Of a stretch of 64,000 bases of DNA, positions 50,806 through 60,291 are shown one piece after another. The DNA comes from an uncultured delta proteobacterium (GTDB taxonomy: Bacteria > Desulfobacterota > Desulfuromonadia > Geobacterales > DSM-12255): positions 512,001 to 576,000 of the forward strand of contig CAWBBV010000001.1 in assembly GCA_963787125.1 (NCBI GenBank), given 5' to 3'. Below the pieces are notes generated by a model. That model saw only the letters and a program-made list of their open reading frames with translations, ran no database searches and was not told the origin of the DNA. Positions within the stretch are counted from its first letter, which is position 1, and each line of letters begins with the position of its first letter. The translations under genes were made by a program, and so were the position numbers.

Positions 50806-50976
50806 GCTGGTATCCCCTTTCAATACCTAATTTTCAAGGGAAGTTGCACGAATAGTTACATTTGATTAGTTGTATTAATGTTGACTGTACAATCATAGGA
50901 ATGTATTTTGTCTAATGTGCCATGTAACAAGCGCCAAAATACATTGTTACCGTTGTATTAAGCTAAGGAGGAGAAA

Positions 50977-51834
50977 ATGAAAAAAACTACGTTCACACTT
51001 TTGGCTACTATGATTATGGCATGTTCAAGCATTGGGGGATGCGTTTCGGCACCGGCGCCAAGGGCAACCTACGATAATTACGGGTGTTTAATGCCTCAAC
51101 CAAATACCTTGAGCAGTATTGGCATTGAGGCAAGCATATCCGGAGGCATTCTCAGTAAAATAATTCCCAATATCAGCGTCAAAGTTGATCCCAAGGTAAT
51201 TGAAACTGGCAGCAAGGCAAGCAAGGACTTGGAGATGTCTCGATATGTAACGTGTACCCTTATGAACCAATATAATATTCCTCCTGATAGAGCGCTGCCG
51301 GTGTTCGAACTATTGACGTTCTTCACAACTAGCCCGACCTCAGAACAATTTATGAAATATGTAAATGATAGGCCTTCATTAAAGCAGATAGTTACAGTTG
51401 TTAATGACGACAAACCATTTTCAGGGCAATTGAATGGAAGACGAATTTACGTGGATGCAGTTCGTAATGGTTCATCCAGTAGAGATGGTTGGGCAAAGGG
51501 GCAGAAAATAACTTTGCAGGCAGGAAATTGGGAAGTTAAGCCTGTTGGTGGTGGCTGGTCCGCATGGAGAAGAGATAACAGCGCTCCGCCAAATGTAAAA
51601 GGTGCTTGGACTTGGTCTATGTATGTCACGATGGACAACAATACGAATGAAGTCGGTAGCTTTTCATGGTTGTATAAAAATTCGGATGAAGCTAATGCAG
51701 CGGCATCTAGCATTGAATCGTTAAAGTTCTCACTGGACAAACCGGCGGATGTGTTTTTCTGGATTTTCGACGTTGACGGGACTGAGGACAATAGAGGCGT
51801 TCTGGTCGTTGATGTAATTAGAAAGTCTCTCTGA
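50977..51834 (+). CDS. Hypothetical lipoprotein, AT-rich
   Basis: AAGGAGGAG RBS; signal peptide with Cys lipobox; Trp-rich beta C-terminal domain. Confidence 0.7.
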   Translation: MKKTTFTLLATMIMACSSIGGCVSAPAPRATYDNYGCLMPQPNTLSSIGIEASISGGILSKIIPNISVKVDPKVIETGSKASKDLEMSRYVTCTLMNQYNIPPDRALPVFELLTFFTTSPTSEQFMKYVNDRPSLKQIVTVVNDDKPFSGQLNGRRIYVDAVRNGSSSRDGWAKGQKITLQAGNWEVKPVGGGWSAWRRDNSAPPNVKGAWTWSMYVTMDNNTNEVGSFSWLYKNSDEANAAASSIESLKFSLDKPADVFFWIFDVDGTEDNRGVLVVDVIRKSL

Positions 51835-51836
51835 TT

Positions 51837-52982
51837 ATGACCATAGCAATTCGCCAATCAAACGAGTTCTGTGTCGGAATAGAAGAACTCTTTGCCGACC
51901 TCACGTTCATTCCAGGCAAGCAAGTATTCGTCAAACCCAATCTTTGCGGACGCGAGCCGGTTTCGCCGGGCGAGAACACCAGCGTCGCGGTAATGGATGC
52001 ACTGCTGGAGGTACTGCAAAACCGCAGATGTTCCGTAACCATCGGTCATGGCGAGCTGTTGGGAACCGCCGACAACAGGACGCCATTCGCGGAGACTCTG
52101 CATGCTTCCGGGTTTGACCGCTACCTAAATCGTCCCGGCGTGTCGATGGTCAACCTGGATGAACTGCCACGAGTGGCCGTGGAAACCGAGGAGATGACCT
52201 TCCATCTTCCAGCGCCGCTGCTGGACGGCAGTTTTGACACCTATATCAACCTCGCCAAGATCAAGACCCACATGGAAGCGACTGTCAGCCTGTCGCTGAA
52301 AAACCAGATGGGACTGCCTGCTGCTGGCGACCGGGCGCTGATGCACAAGACAAATCTTGAACGCTGCATTGCCCGGCTGGCGACCATTATCAAACCTCAC
52401 ATCAGCATTCTGGAAGGGTGTCCGGCAATGGAGGGTAATGGTCCGCATCACGGCACACCCCGCAACCTCAATCTTATTGCCGCTGGAACCGACATGCTGG
52501 AGCTTGATTCCTGTATTGCCGGACTGTTTGGTTTCAATCCCGCTGCTATTCCTCATTTTAGTCATGCCGTAGAACTTGGTGTCGGTTGTCTGGCCGATGC
52601 CTCTATCATGGCAAGGTTTGCTGAATTCCGAGTGCCGGATTTTCTCCCGGCAAGCCCGGTCTACGGTTTTGGCCGTACAGTGCGGGCCTGGCCGACCTAT
52701 GCCTGCTCACGCTGCATCTATGCCGTGGAACGAGCAGGCCGAAAGATCAAGAAGCAGCCGCTGAAATACTGGCGTTTTGTGCTGCGGGCATATTTCGGCA
52801 AGCCACTGAATATTGTTTTTGGTCGGGCGGATCAGGCTGCAGAGGAGTTTTCCGGAGACACTATTTATGTAGGTTCATGTTCAAAGGAGTTTTCTCAAAA
52901 CAATAGAAATGCTTGCCTTGATAAATGTCCACCGACAATTGAAGAAACGTTGAGTTTCATCATACAAGGCAGCAAACCATGA
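51837..52982 (+). CDS. DUF362 domain protein
   Basis: VFVKPN, NLAKIKTH, SLKNQMG, MEGNGP; C-terminal ACSRC...CPP. Confidence 0.85.
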   Translation: MTIAIRQSNEFCVGIEELFADLTFIPGKQVFVKPNLCGREPVSPGENTSVAVMDALLEVLQNRRCSVTIGHGELLGTADNRTPFAETLHASGFDRYLNRPGVSMVNLDELPRVAVETEEMTFHLPAPLLDGSFDTYINLAKIKTHMEATVSLSLKNQMGLPAAGDRALMHKTNLERCIARLATIIKPHISILEGCPAMEGNGPHHGTPRNLNLIAAGTDMLELDSCIAGLFGFNPAAIPHFSHAVELGVGCLADASIMARFAEFRVPDFLPASPVYGFGRTVRAWPTYACSRCIYAVERAGRKIKKQPLKYWRFVLRAYFGKPLNIVFGRADQAAEEFSGDTIYVGSCSKEFSQNNRNACLDKCPPTIEETLSFIIQGSKP

Positions 52983-53964
52983 AATTCCTTGTAACCGGTG
53001 CAGCCGGATTTGTAGGGCAGACACTCTGCCATGAACTTGTGCGCCGTTATGGCAGCAACGGCAATAATTTTCTATTCATGGAACGCAGCGGTTCCACACA
53101 CACACACACACAAATTCAGGTAGTTACGCGACTTATGGAGTTTCATACATAAAGGGTGATGTCACTGATCCGGAAACCATCGAACCACTGATTGCAGAAA
53201 GCGATGTCATTTTCCACGTAGCAGCACGGGTCAGCTATGGTGATTTTGAGAGTGAGCCATTTTACCGAATAAATGTTTACGGCACGGAAAACGTGCTGCG
53301 GCTGGCAGTCAAGCATGGTGTAAAGCGGGTGATCATAGTCAGCTCTGCCGGAATATGGACGCCGACAGGTGAAGTTCAGGCCACCGAAGAAACAGTGCTC
53401 CAGGAGAAACAGACAACCCGCTATACCCACAGCAAATATCTGGCGTACCTCAAAACGTTGGAGTTCATGCTGCGGGGCACGCCGGTAACGGTGGTGCTGC
53501 CGGTGGGTTTATTCGGCTCTGAAAGCCCGCTGTTCGTGCCGCTGATCCGGCTTTTGAAGCTCTTCCGCATGGCAGTCGTCCCTGAATGTTCGGCGCGGAT
53601 GTGTCTGATTTCGGTTGATGAATGTGTCGACGGTATCATTAGAGCCTTTGAGCTGGGCAAGGCGGGCGAGAGTTACATCCTTTCCGGGAGGGCACTATTA
53701 ATGGGCGAAATCGTTGAGCGCTGCCGCCCTTCTGGGCTCTGGTTCGGTACGGTGAAACTGCCGCTCGCGCTATTCCGGTTGCTGATCCGTGTGCTGGATA
53801 TGGTAGGGCAGCTCAGCCGCCATGTCTTCTACTACAACAGCGAGTTCCTGGCTTTTTGTACCGGGGGGGTTTTTTTAGATGGCAGCAAAGCGGAGCGTGA
53901 GCTTGGTTTCAGGCAGGAAAATTTTGATGAAAAATTCAATGCAATGGTGAGGGGGAAGCAGTGA
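52979..53964 (+). pseudogene. NAD-dependent epimerase/dehydratase (extended SDR), frameshifted at a (CA)9 tract
   Basis: MKFLVTGAAGFVG from 52979 stops at 53150; KGDVTD..FHVAA..NVYGT..YTHSK continues in another frame after the tract. Confidence 0.85.
53095..53112 (+). repeat. (CA)9 simple sequence repeat
   Basis: cacacacacacacacaca within the epimerase 5' region. Confidence 0.97.
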
Positions 53965-54647
53965 AACAAACGAATGAACCGTTGATTACCAGAATAGGCT
54001 ATCCCTTCATGAAGCTCTTTTCTCCACTGGTGCGCAGGCTCTGGATTGCCGAGGTCCACGGTCTTGAGCATATCCCCAAGCATGGTCCCTGCTTGGTAGC
54101 GTCCAACCATGAGAGCTATTTTGACTTCATCATTTTTACCGCTGCCGTTGACCGGAAAATTCACTACATGGCTGCGGAGAAATTTTTTGTACACCCTTTC
54201 TGGAAGTGGGTTATGGCTTTTATGGGATGCATCCGGATAGATCGTTATAGCACCATGAATCTGCGTGCCTACAAAGAGATTGCAAGGGTTGTAAAACAGG
54301 GGCGGCTTATTGGCATTTTCCCAGAAGGAACCCGCTCGCCGGACGGTAAGCTGATGAGGGGGAAAACCGGTGTGGCGCACTTGGCGATAAAGTCCGGTCT
54401 GCCTGTCATTCCGGTAGGAATTCGTGGTTCGTATGAAATCATGTCGGTTGGGGACAAAAGGCCCAAATTGCGAAAAGCCAGTATTCACATCGGCGAGCCT
54501 ATGAACTTTGACCATCTGAAAGAAGCAACGCTGGATGACACTTTGTTGAATCACACTACCGATAGCATCATGTTTCGTATTGCCAATCTGACCGACGAAG
54601 AGTATCGGTTTGCCGAGGATAAAAATACTCTCAGAAGCTCATGTTGA
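53961..54647 (+). CDS. Lysophospholipid acyltransferase (PlsC family)
   Basis: SNHESYFD, IFPEGTRS, PVIPVGI. Confidence 0.92.
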   Translation: MKQTNEPLITRIGYPFMKLFSPLVRRLWIAEVHGLEHIPKHGPCLVASNHESYFDFIIFTAAVDRKIHYMAAEKFFVHPFWKWVMAFMGCIRIDRYSTMNLRAYKEIARVVKQGRLIGIFPEGTRSPDGKLMRGKTGVAHLAIKSGLPVIPVGIRGSYEIMSVGDKRPKLRKASIHIGEPMNFDHLKEATLDDTLLNHTTDSIMFRIANLTDEEYRFAEDKNTLRSSC

Positions 54648-54699
54648 CGAAGGCATTATCCTTCTGTTTTCGGAGGCATAGAAAATATGACTCGACCAG

Positions 54700-54728
54700 T
54701 TGACAACCTTCAAGGGGAAGATTATATT
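54700..54728 (+). promoter_or_regulatory. Near-consensus sigma70 promoter
   Basis: TTGACA-17 nt-TATATT. Confidence 0.75.
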
Positions 54729-54734
54729 TAATTT

Positions 54735-54918
54735 ACCTCGAGGAACTTCACGAACGGAGCTAAATCCCGTAAAAGGAGACCAAACGAAAATGTGGACAAC
54801 AATTTATATGCTACGCCCGGTAACCCGCTGCAAGGAGGGTTGCCCTAGCAGGCCCACTGGCTAAGCGGTGGGCGCACAGACAGGCCCCTTGGTCAGGAGA
54901 TGACAGGGGGCTTTTTTT
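54735..54918 (+). other. Candidate sRNA or leader-peptide attenuator (24-aa ORF 54790-54864)
   Basis: Bounded by promoter and terminator; AAGGAG upstream of ATG; several hairpins. Confidence 0.5.
54883..54918 (+). terminator. Intrinsic terminator upstream of the efflux operon
   Basis: ggccccttggtca-ggaga-tgacagggggcttttttt. Confidence 0.8.
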
Positions 54919-54996
54919 GTGCCTGAAAAAAAGGTGGTACACTGATTATCCCGGTGGTATGCTGACACTCTGAAACCATCCTTGATAGAGGCATTC

Positions 54997-56247
54997 ATGA
55001 AAAAGTATATAATAATTGCGGTTGTTGCTCTCCTTGTTGCCGGTGTCGGGATTTATTACTTCAAGACCAGAAAACCTGAAATCAGTTACAAAACTGCCAA
55101 GCTGGAAAAAGGGACTATTGTTTCCACTGTTTCTGCGACCGGAAATCTCTCTGCTGTGACAACAATCCAGGTGGGCACCCAGGTTTCCGGGACAATTCAG
55201 AAGCTGTACGTTGACTACAATTCGCGGGTCAAGAAAGGGCAGACCATTGCCGAAATCGACCCGTCACTTTTCAATGCCTCAGTAGAGCAGTCCCAGGGGA
55301 ACTACTTGAGTGCCGAGGCAAATCTGCTCAAGGCAAAAGTTGCCTTGGCCGATGCCGAGCGGACCCTGCAACGCAATAAAAAACTGCTGGCTGACGGGAT
55401 AATATCCCAAGGGGATTTTGATGTCTCCGAGACTGCCTGGCAGTCTGCAAAGGCATCTATCAAGGCAGCCGAAGGGAGCGTCGCCCAGACCCGCGGTGCC
55501 CTGCTGCAGTCAAAGACGAACCTGCGCTACTCCATTATCCGTTCCCCTGTCGACGGAGTAGTCATCTCCCGCGCCATTGATGTCGGCCAGACCGTGGCTG
55601 CATCTTTTCAGACCCCGACACTGTTTACCATTGCCCAGGACCTTACCAAGATGCAGATCGAGGTTAGCGTTGACGAGGCTGATATCAGTCGGGTAAAGCT
55701 GGGTCAGCAGGCGACCTTCACGGTTGATGCCTACCCGGAGCAGAAGTTCGGCGGCAAAGTTGTCCAGATCAGAAGCGCTCCTGTTGTTACCCAGAATGTT
55801 GTCACTTATGTGGTTGTCGTTAACGTTGACAACAGCGAAATGAAACTTAAACCGGGGATGACCGCTAATGTCTCCCTGGTTGTCGCCAAAAAGGATGATG
55901 TCGTCAAGATTCCGCCTGCAGCGCTCCGCTTCAAACCCAAAGGGGGAGAAGAGAAGCCTGAGGCTGCCAAAGGCAGATCTGGGTCGTCAGCAGCTCCTAT
56001 GGGAAAAGCCGGACGTGAAAGTGGCGGCAAGCCGGGCGAGAGAAAAGGTGGTGGCGGCCAGATTGTTTACATTCTGAAAGAAGGGGTTCCGGCAGCGGTG
56101 TCAATCAAAACCGGGATTGCCAGCAGCGGCAGCATCGAGCTGGTCGAAGGTCCGCTTAAAGAAGGGGATGAAGTGATCATCGAGCAGGTCGGCGGTGATG
56201 CCAAGAAGAAGGGGAGCATGGGAAGTCCTATGGGGAGACCGTTCTAG
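54997..56247 (+). CDS. Efflux periplasmic adaptor (MacA-like membrane fusion protein)
   Basis: N-terminal TM, VGTQVSG, IRSPVDG, GQTV, VDEADI, LKPGMTA. Confidence 0.93.
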   Translation: MKKYIIIAVVALLVAGVGIYYFKTRKPEISYKTAKLEKGTIVSTVSATGNLSAVTTIQVGTQVSGTIQKLYVDYNSRVKKGQTIAEIDPSLFNASVEQSQGNYLSAEANLLKAKVALADAERTLQRNKKLLADGIISQGDFDVSETAWQSAKASIKAAEGSVAQTRGALLQSKTNLRYSIIRSPVDGVVISRAIDVGQTVAASFQTPTLFTIAQDLTKMQIEVSVDEADISRVKLGQQATFTVDAYPEQKFGGKVVQIRSAPVVTQNVVTYVVVVNVDNSEMKLKPGMTANVSLVVAKKDDVVKIPPAALRFKPKGGEEKPEAAKGRSGSSAAPMGKAGRESGGKPGERKGGGGQIVYILKEGVPAAVSIKTGIASSGSIELVEGPLKEGDEVIIEQVGGDAKKKGSMGSPMGRPF

Positions 56248-56249
56248 GG

Positions 56250-56930
56250 ATGAGCAGCGTCATCACCCTCACAGATATCCGCCGGGTTTTTATCATGGGG
56301 GATCAGCAGTTCGAGGCTCTCAAGGGGGTTTCGTTTTCAGTTGCAGCCGGAGAATTTGTCGCCATCATGGGGGCTTCGGGGAGCGGCAAGTCTACCTGTA
56401 TGAACCTCCTTGGTTGTCTTGACCGGCCGACTTCAGGAGAGTACCTGCTTGACGGCATTGATGTTGGCGGGATGAACAGCGATCAGCTTGCGGAAATCAG
56501 AAACAGAAAGCTTGGCTTCGTCTTCCAGGGGTTCAATCTGCTGGCACGCACCCCGACTGTCGAGAACGTCGAACTGCCGCTGATTTATGCCGGGCTGAAA
56601 TCCGCAGAGCGGCGGCAAATGGCCGTGGCAGCCCTGGAAAAGGTCGGTCTTGCGGATAAGCAGATGAACCACCCGAGCCAGCTATCCGGTGGCCAGCAGC
56701 AGCGGGTGGCTATCGCCAGGGCGCTGGTCAACTCGCCGGCAGTCATCCTGGCTGATGAACCTACCGGCAATCTGGACAGCGCTACCAGTGAGGAGATCAT
56801 GACCCTGTTCACTACGCTGAACAAGCAGGGGATAACCATCATCATGGTGACCCATGAAGCCGATGTGGCGGCCTACGCAGGGCGGAAAATAACCTTTCGC
56901 GATGGCAAAATCATAGGCGATACGAAATAA
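56250..56930 (+). CDS. ABC transporter ATP-binding protein (MacB/LolD-like)
   Basis: [28 protein letters not shown]. Confidence 0.95.
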   Translation: MSSVITLTDIRRVFIMGDQQFEALKGVSFSVAAGEFVAIMGASGSGKSTCMNLLGCLDRPTSGEYLLDGIDVGGMNSDQLAEIRNRKLGFVFQGFNLLARTPTVENVELPLIYAGLKSAERRQMAVAALEKVGLADKQMNHPSQLSGGQQQRVAIARALVNSPAVILADEPTGNLDSATSEEIMTLFTTLNKQGITIIMVTHEADVAAYAGRKITFRDGKIIGDTK

Positions 56931-58156
56931 TGGACTTTCTCCAAACACTCAAAATAGCCATGCGCGCCTTGCGAACCAACAAGATGCGCTCTTTTCTGAC
57001 GATGCTCGGGATCATTATCGGCATTTCCGCAGTTATCGCCATGATGGCGGTCGGCTCTGGAGCTCGTCATGTAATTTCGCAGCAGATTGCCAGCATCGGC
57101 AGCAACATCATTCTGGTGATTCCCGGTTCTACCACCAGCGGTGGCCTGCGAACCGGCACCGGTGGAGCACAGACGCTGGTAAGTGATGATGCCAGGGCGA
57201 TCATGAATGAATGCCCGTCTGTGGAGATAGCCGCCCCGACAACAAGAAATGCGGCGCTGGTTGTCTACGGCAATATGAACTGGTCGACAATCGCCATGGG
57301 GACGACTCCCGAGCTCTTTACGATTCGTGAGTGGGGGGTAGCGAGCGGTCGCGGCATAGAACAGCAGGATGTAGATGGTGCGCTCAAGGTCTGCGTCATC
57401 GGCCAGACTGTGGCGGAAAACCTCTTCGGCTCCTCTGATCCGGTTGATAAGATCATCAGGATCAAGAAAATACCGTTTACCGTGGTCGGTGTTCTGGAGA
57501 GGAAGGGGCAGTCGCCCCAGGGGCAGGATCAGGATGATTCTATCTTTATTCCGGTCCGGACTGCACAGCGGAATCTTGTCAGAAACCCAACACCCGGGAG
57601 TGTCGGCGCAATCATGGTAAAAGCCCGCAGCGAAAATCTCCTCGGCAAGGCGGAAGAGGAGATAAAGGCGCTTTTGAACCAGCGCCACCGGATCACCAAC
57701 AGTAAGGAAGCCGACTATTCAACCCGCAATCTTTCGGAAATTCTCGCTATCGCCGAACAGTCCTCAAAAGCGATGTCACTGCTGCTCGGCGCAGTTGCTT
57801 CCATCTCGCTGATTGTCGGCGGGATAGGGATCATGAACATCATGCTGGTTTCGGTAACGGAACGTACCCGTGAGATCGGTATCCGCATGGCCATCGGTGC
57901 CAGAAAGAACGATATCCTCCTGCAATTCCTCACAGAAGCAATCCTCCTGACAATGATCGGCGGGATAATCGGGATAATCATCGGCAGCGGCGGGGCGATG
58001 GTGGTCTCCAACCTGCTTTCCTGGCCGACTCTCATCTCCATCGAGTCGATTACTCTCGCCTTTGTATTCTCAGCCTTTGTCGGGATCTTTTTCGGGTTCT
58101 ATCCGGCCAGGAAGGCCGCGTCACTCAACCCTATCGATGCGCTGCGCTACGAATAG
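56930..58156 (+). CDS. ABC transporter permease (MacB/FtsX family)
   Basis: RSFLTMLGIIIG, GIGIMNIMLVSVTERTREIGIRMAIGA, PIDALRYE. Confidence 0.95.
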   Translation: MDFLQTLKIAMRALRTNKMRSFLTMLGIIIGISAVIAMMAVGSGARHVISQQIASIGSNIILVIPGSTTSGGLRTGTGGAQTLVSDDARAIMNECPSVEIAAPTTRNAALVVYGNMNWSTIAMGTTPELFTIREWGVASGRGIEQQDVDGALKVCVIGQTVAENLFGSSDPVDKIIRIKKIPFTVVGVLERKGQSPQGQDQDDSIFIPVRTAQRNLVRNPTPGSVGAIMVKARSENLLGKAEEEIKALLNQRHRITNSKEADYSTRNLSEILAIAEQSSKAMSLLLGAVASISLIVGGIGIMNIMLVSVTERTREIGIRMAIGARKNDILLQFLTEAILLTMIGGIIGIIIGSGGAMVVSNLLSWPTLISIESITLAFVFSAFVGIFFGFYPARKAASLNPIDALRYE

Positions 58157-58158
58157 GG

Positions 58159-60291
58159 CTACCTCATCTTTATCCAGATAAAAATTCCAATCGCAACAAA
58201 CAGGATGAAAATCAGGATGCTTTTCCAGGGGCGCTTCTTTTCGGCAAACGGATCTGCAAGCTGCTGACTGGAGCCGGTCGGCAGTTTTGCCAGGGCGGTA
58301 AGTGAGGCACCGAAGGGAATATTCAGCTTTGCCCGGGCGTTGATTGCCCAGCCATTGGCGTCAAGGATCGGCCCGAGATTGCGCTGACGCAGTTTAAACC
58401 AGGCGATGATCATTGCCGGCCCGGAAACTATCAGCAACAGGCCGCCGAGAGCCAACGGCATCTGCCACCACTGAAGCTTCATGAAGCCGGTCAGGGTGGT
58501 GGCCAATGCTGTTCCCAATGCGCCGACAGCAAGACCGATGGCCGCAAATATTCCCACATATTTACCCATGTCGAAGAGCTGTTGAGGTGGGGCAGGTTTC
58601 GCGTCAGGTTTTTTATCGACCGTATGCAGTACGGAGGCCAAGGCCCGGTCTTCAGCGGCTTTGGAGCGGGCGGCGGCCATCTTTTGCATCTGCTCGCCAA
58701 CCATCCTGCCGAGTTTTTTATAGGGCGACCAGAACGCCTGCCGCAAACTTATCGGGTGATCGATGATTCTGACCACTGTCGCATCCCAGTCGTCACCGTT
58801 ATAATCATAAAAAAGGCCGTTGCGTCCGACAATGATCTGATCAGAATCGCCGTTGGTAATGGCTGCAGCAATGGTCATCTTGTCGGTTCCACCTCGTCTG
58901 ACGCAGTCGCAGTAGACCAGATATAGTCGGCTGAGCGTCGCCAGGGCCGCATGTTTAGCCGGATCGGCAACTGCTACGCAGAGCTCGCAGCTTCGGCCAT
59001 CTATATACAGCGTACCGCACTGAAAGATGCCGATACCTTTTTTGGTGTAAAAATCCCTGAAAGCAACGAAATTGTTGAGCAGAGGGTACAAATAGCGGAC
59101 GTAATGCAGCAGCCTCTCCACCTCTATGATCGCCTCGGCTTCGCTGGAGAGCTCCAGATCCTGTTCAATCAACCGGTTCAGCCTCTCTTGAATTTCAGCC
59201 TCACGCCACTCGCAAAGAAGGGACTGCTCAAGCTCAATAACAGTTGCGACCGGTTTAGTTTTCCACCAGTCTGAAAGCGGTAATATGGTCAACTTCAGAG
59301 CATCCCATTGGCTTATTGACAATGAATCTGCTGCTCCAAGAAGTGGCAGAGCGATACGTTTTCTGAACTGCTCCAGTTGTGACTGCCAGGCAGGATTGAT
59401 CCCTTTACTCAGGTCAAGCGTGGCTTGAGCGGAGACAAGTGAAAGCGGCAGACTGGATATCTCTGCAGACGACTCGTCCAGCGTTTTGGCTCCCAGGGAG
59501 AAAAGTTCGCTCTCCGGGCTGTTCATGGCGTCTACTGCTCGCGGATCAAAAGCAGCCAGACGACAGCGAACAAAATAGTCTTCTATTTTCGGGGCAAGAT
59601 TTTCCCAGAGCGCGCAGATCTCATCAATCTGTTCAAGTTCAAGGCCGGCAGCTGCATATTCTGCCGCGGAGCGCCATTCACACCAATCTGTTGCCAATGT
59701 GGCAAATTGTGCTAACGCTGCGGCGTTGATTCCGTTTTCACCGCTTCTATCGATTACAGCGCCGCACTCGGACTTAATCCGCTCGATCCAGGCCTTTAAC
59801 GTGTCATCGTCAGTGGAGAGGCAGGTAATGACTCCGTCACCGTTAAAACCGGTTCCCGCAAAGATTATTTCGCTGTCAATGGCATCCTCGAGAGTAATTG
59901 CCTTGGCGTCCGTCTTCCCCAGGTTCTTGAGGATTTCCAGTGACGATGCCAGCACCCGCTTCCCTTCAATACGGCTGGAATCTATCTCTGACAGCTGCAT
60001 TTCGGAAGGGGTGGTTACCAGCAGGTCGAGGCACTTTAAGCGTTCTGCCGTCCAATCAAGCGCTGCGAGCAGTTCCGGCACCCTTATCTGACCATCGAAG
60101 TCAGTATCAATAAGCTCAAGAGTGCGATTGTCAAACTGCACACCTTTTACGGGAGAGCTGAGCGCTACCCAGAGTTTCTGGTCAAGAGCCGCCAGGTTGC
60201 GCAGGTCGTCACCGCTTTCCAGCAGTACCTGATCAAAGCCGCCGGCGCGAAAAAACCGCCATTTATGCAAGTTAGTGGGTTCTGGCATCAC
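58159..60291 (-). CDS. Conserved hypothetical membrane protein with EF-hand-like loops
   Basis: DTDFDGQIRVPE, FNGDGVI; C-terminal TM helices. Confidence 0.75.
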   Translation of the reverse strand: MMPEPTNLHKWRFFRAGGFDQVLLESGDDLRNLAALDQKLWVALSSPVKGVQFDNRTLELIDTDFDGQIRVPELLAALDWTAERLKCLDLLVTTPSEMQLSEIDSSRIEGKRVLASSLEILKNLGKTDAKAITLEDAIDSEIIFAGTGFNGDGVITCLSTDDDTLKAWIERIKSECGAVIDRSGENGINAAALAQFATLATDWCEWRSAAEYAAAGLELEQIDEICALWENLAPKIEDYFVRCRLAAFDPRAVDAMNSPESELFSLGAKTLDESSAEISSLPLSLVSAQATLDLSKGINPAWQSQLEQFRKRIALPLLGAADSLSISQWDALKLTILPLSDWWKTKPVATVIELEQSLLCEWREAEIQERLNRLIEQDLELSSEAEAIIEVERLLHYVRYLYPLLNNFVAFRDFYTKKGIGIFQCGTLYIDGRSCELCVAVADPAKHAALATLSRLYLVYCDCVRRGGTDKMTIAAAITNGDSDQIIVGRNGLFYDYNGDDWDATVVRIIDHPISLRQAFWSPYKKLGRMVGEQMQKMAAARSKAAEDRALASVLHTVDKKPDAKPAPPQQLFDMGKYVGIFAAIGLAVGALGTALATTLTGFMKLQWWQMPLALGGLLLIVSGPAMIIAWFKLRQRNLGPILDANGWAINARAKLNIPFGASLTALAKLPTGSSQQLADPFAEKKRPWKSILIFILFVAIGIFIWIKMR

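Noticed and set aside
54735..54918. 6S RNA or tmRNA
   Set aside because: Size fits 6S, but the ends do not pair into a long rod; no tRNA-like ends or tag peptide ending in AA for tmRNA.
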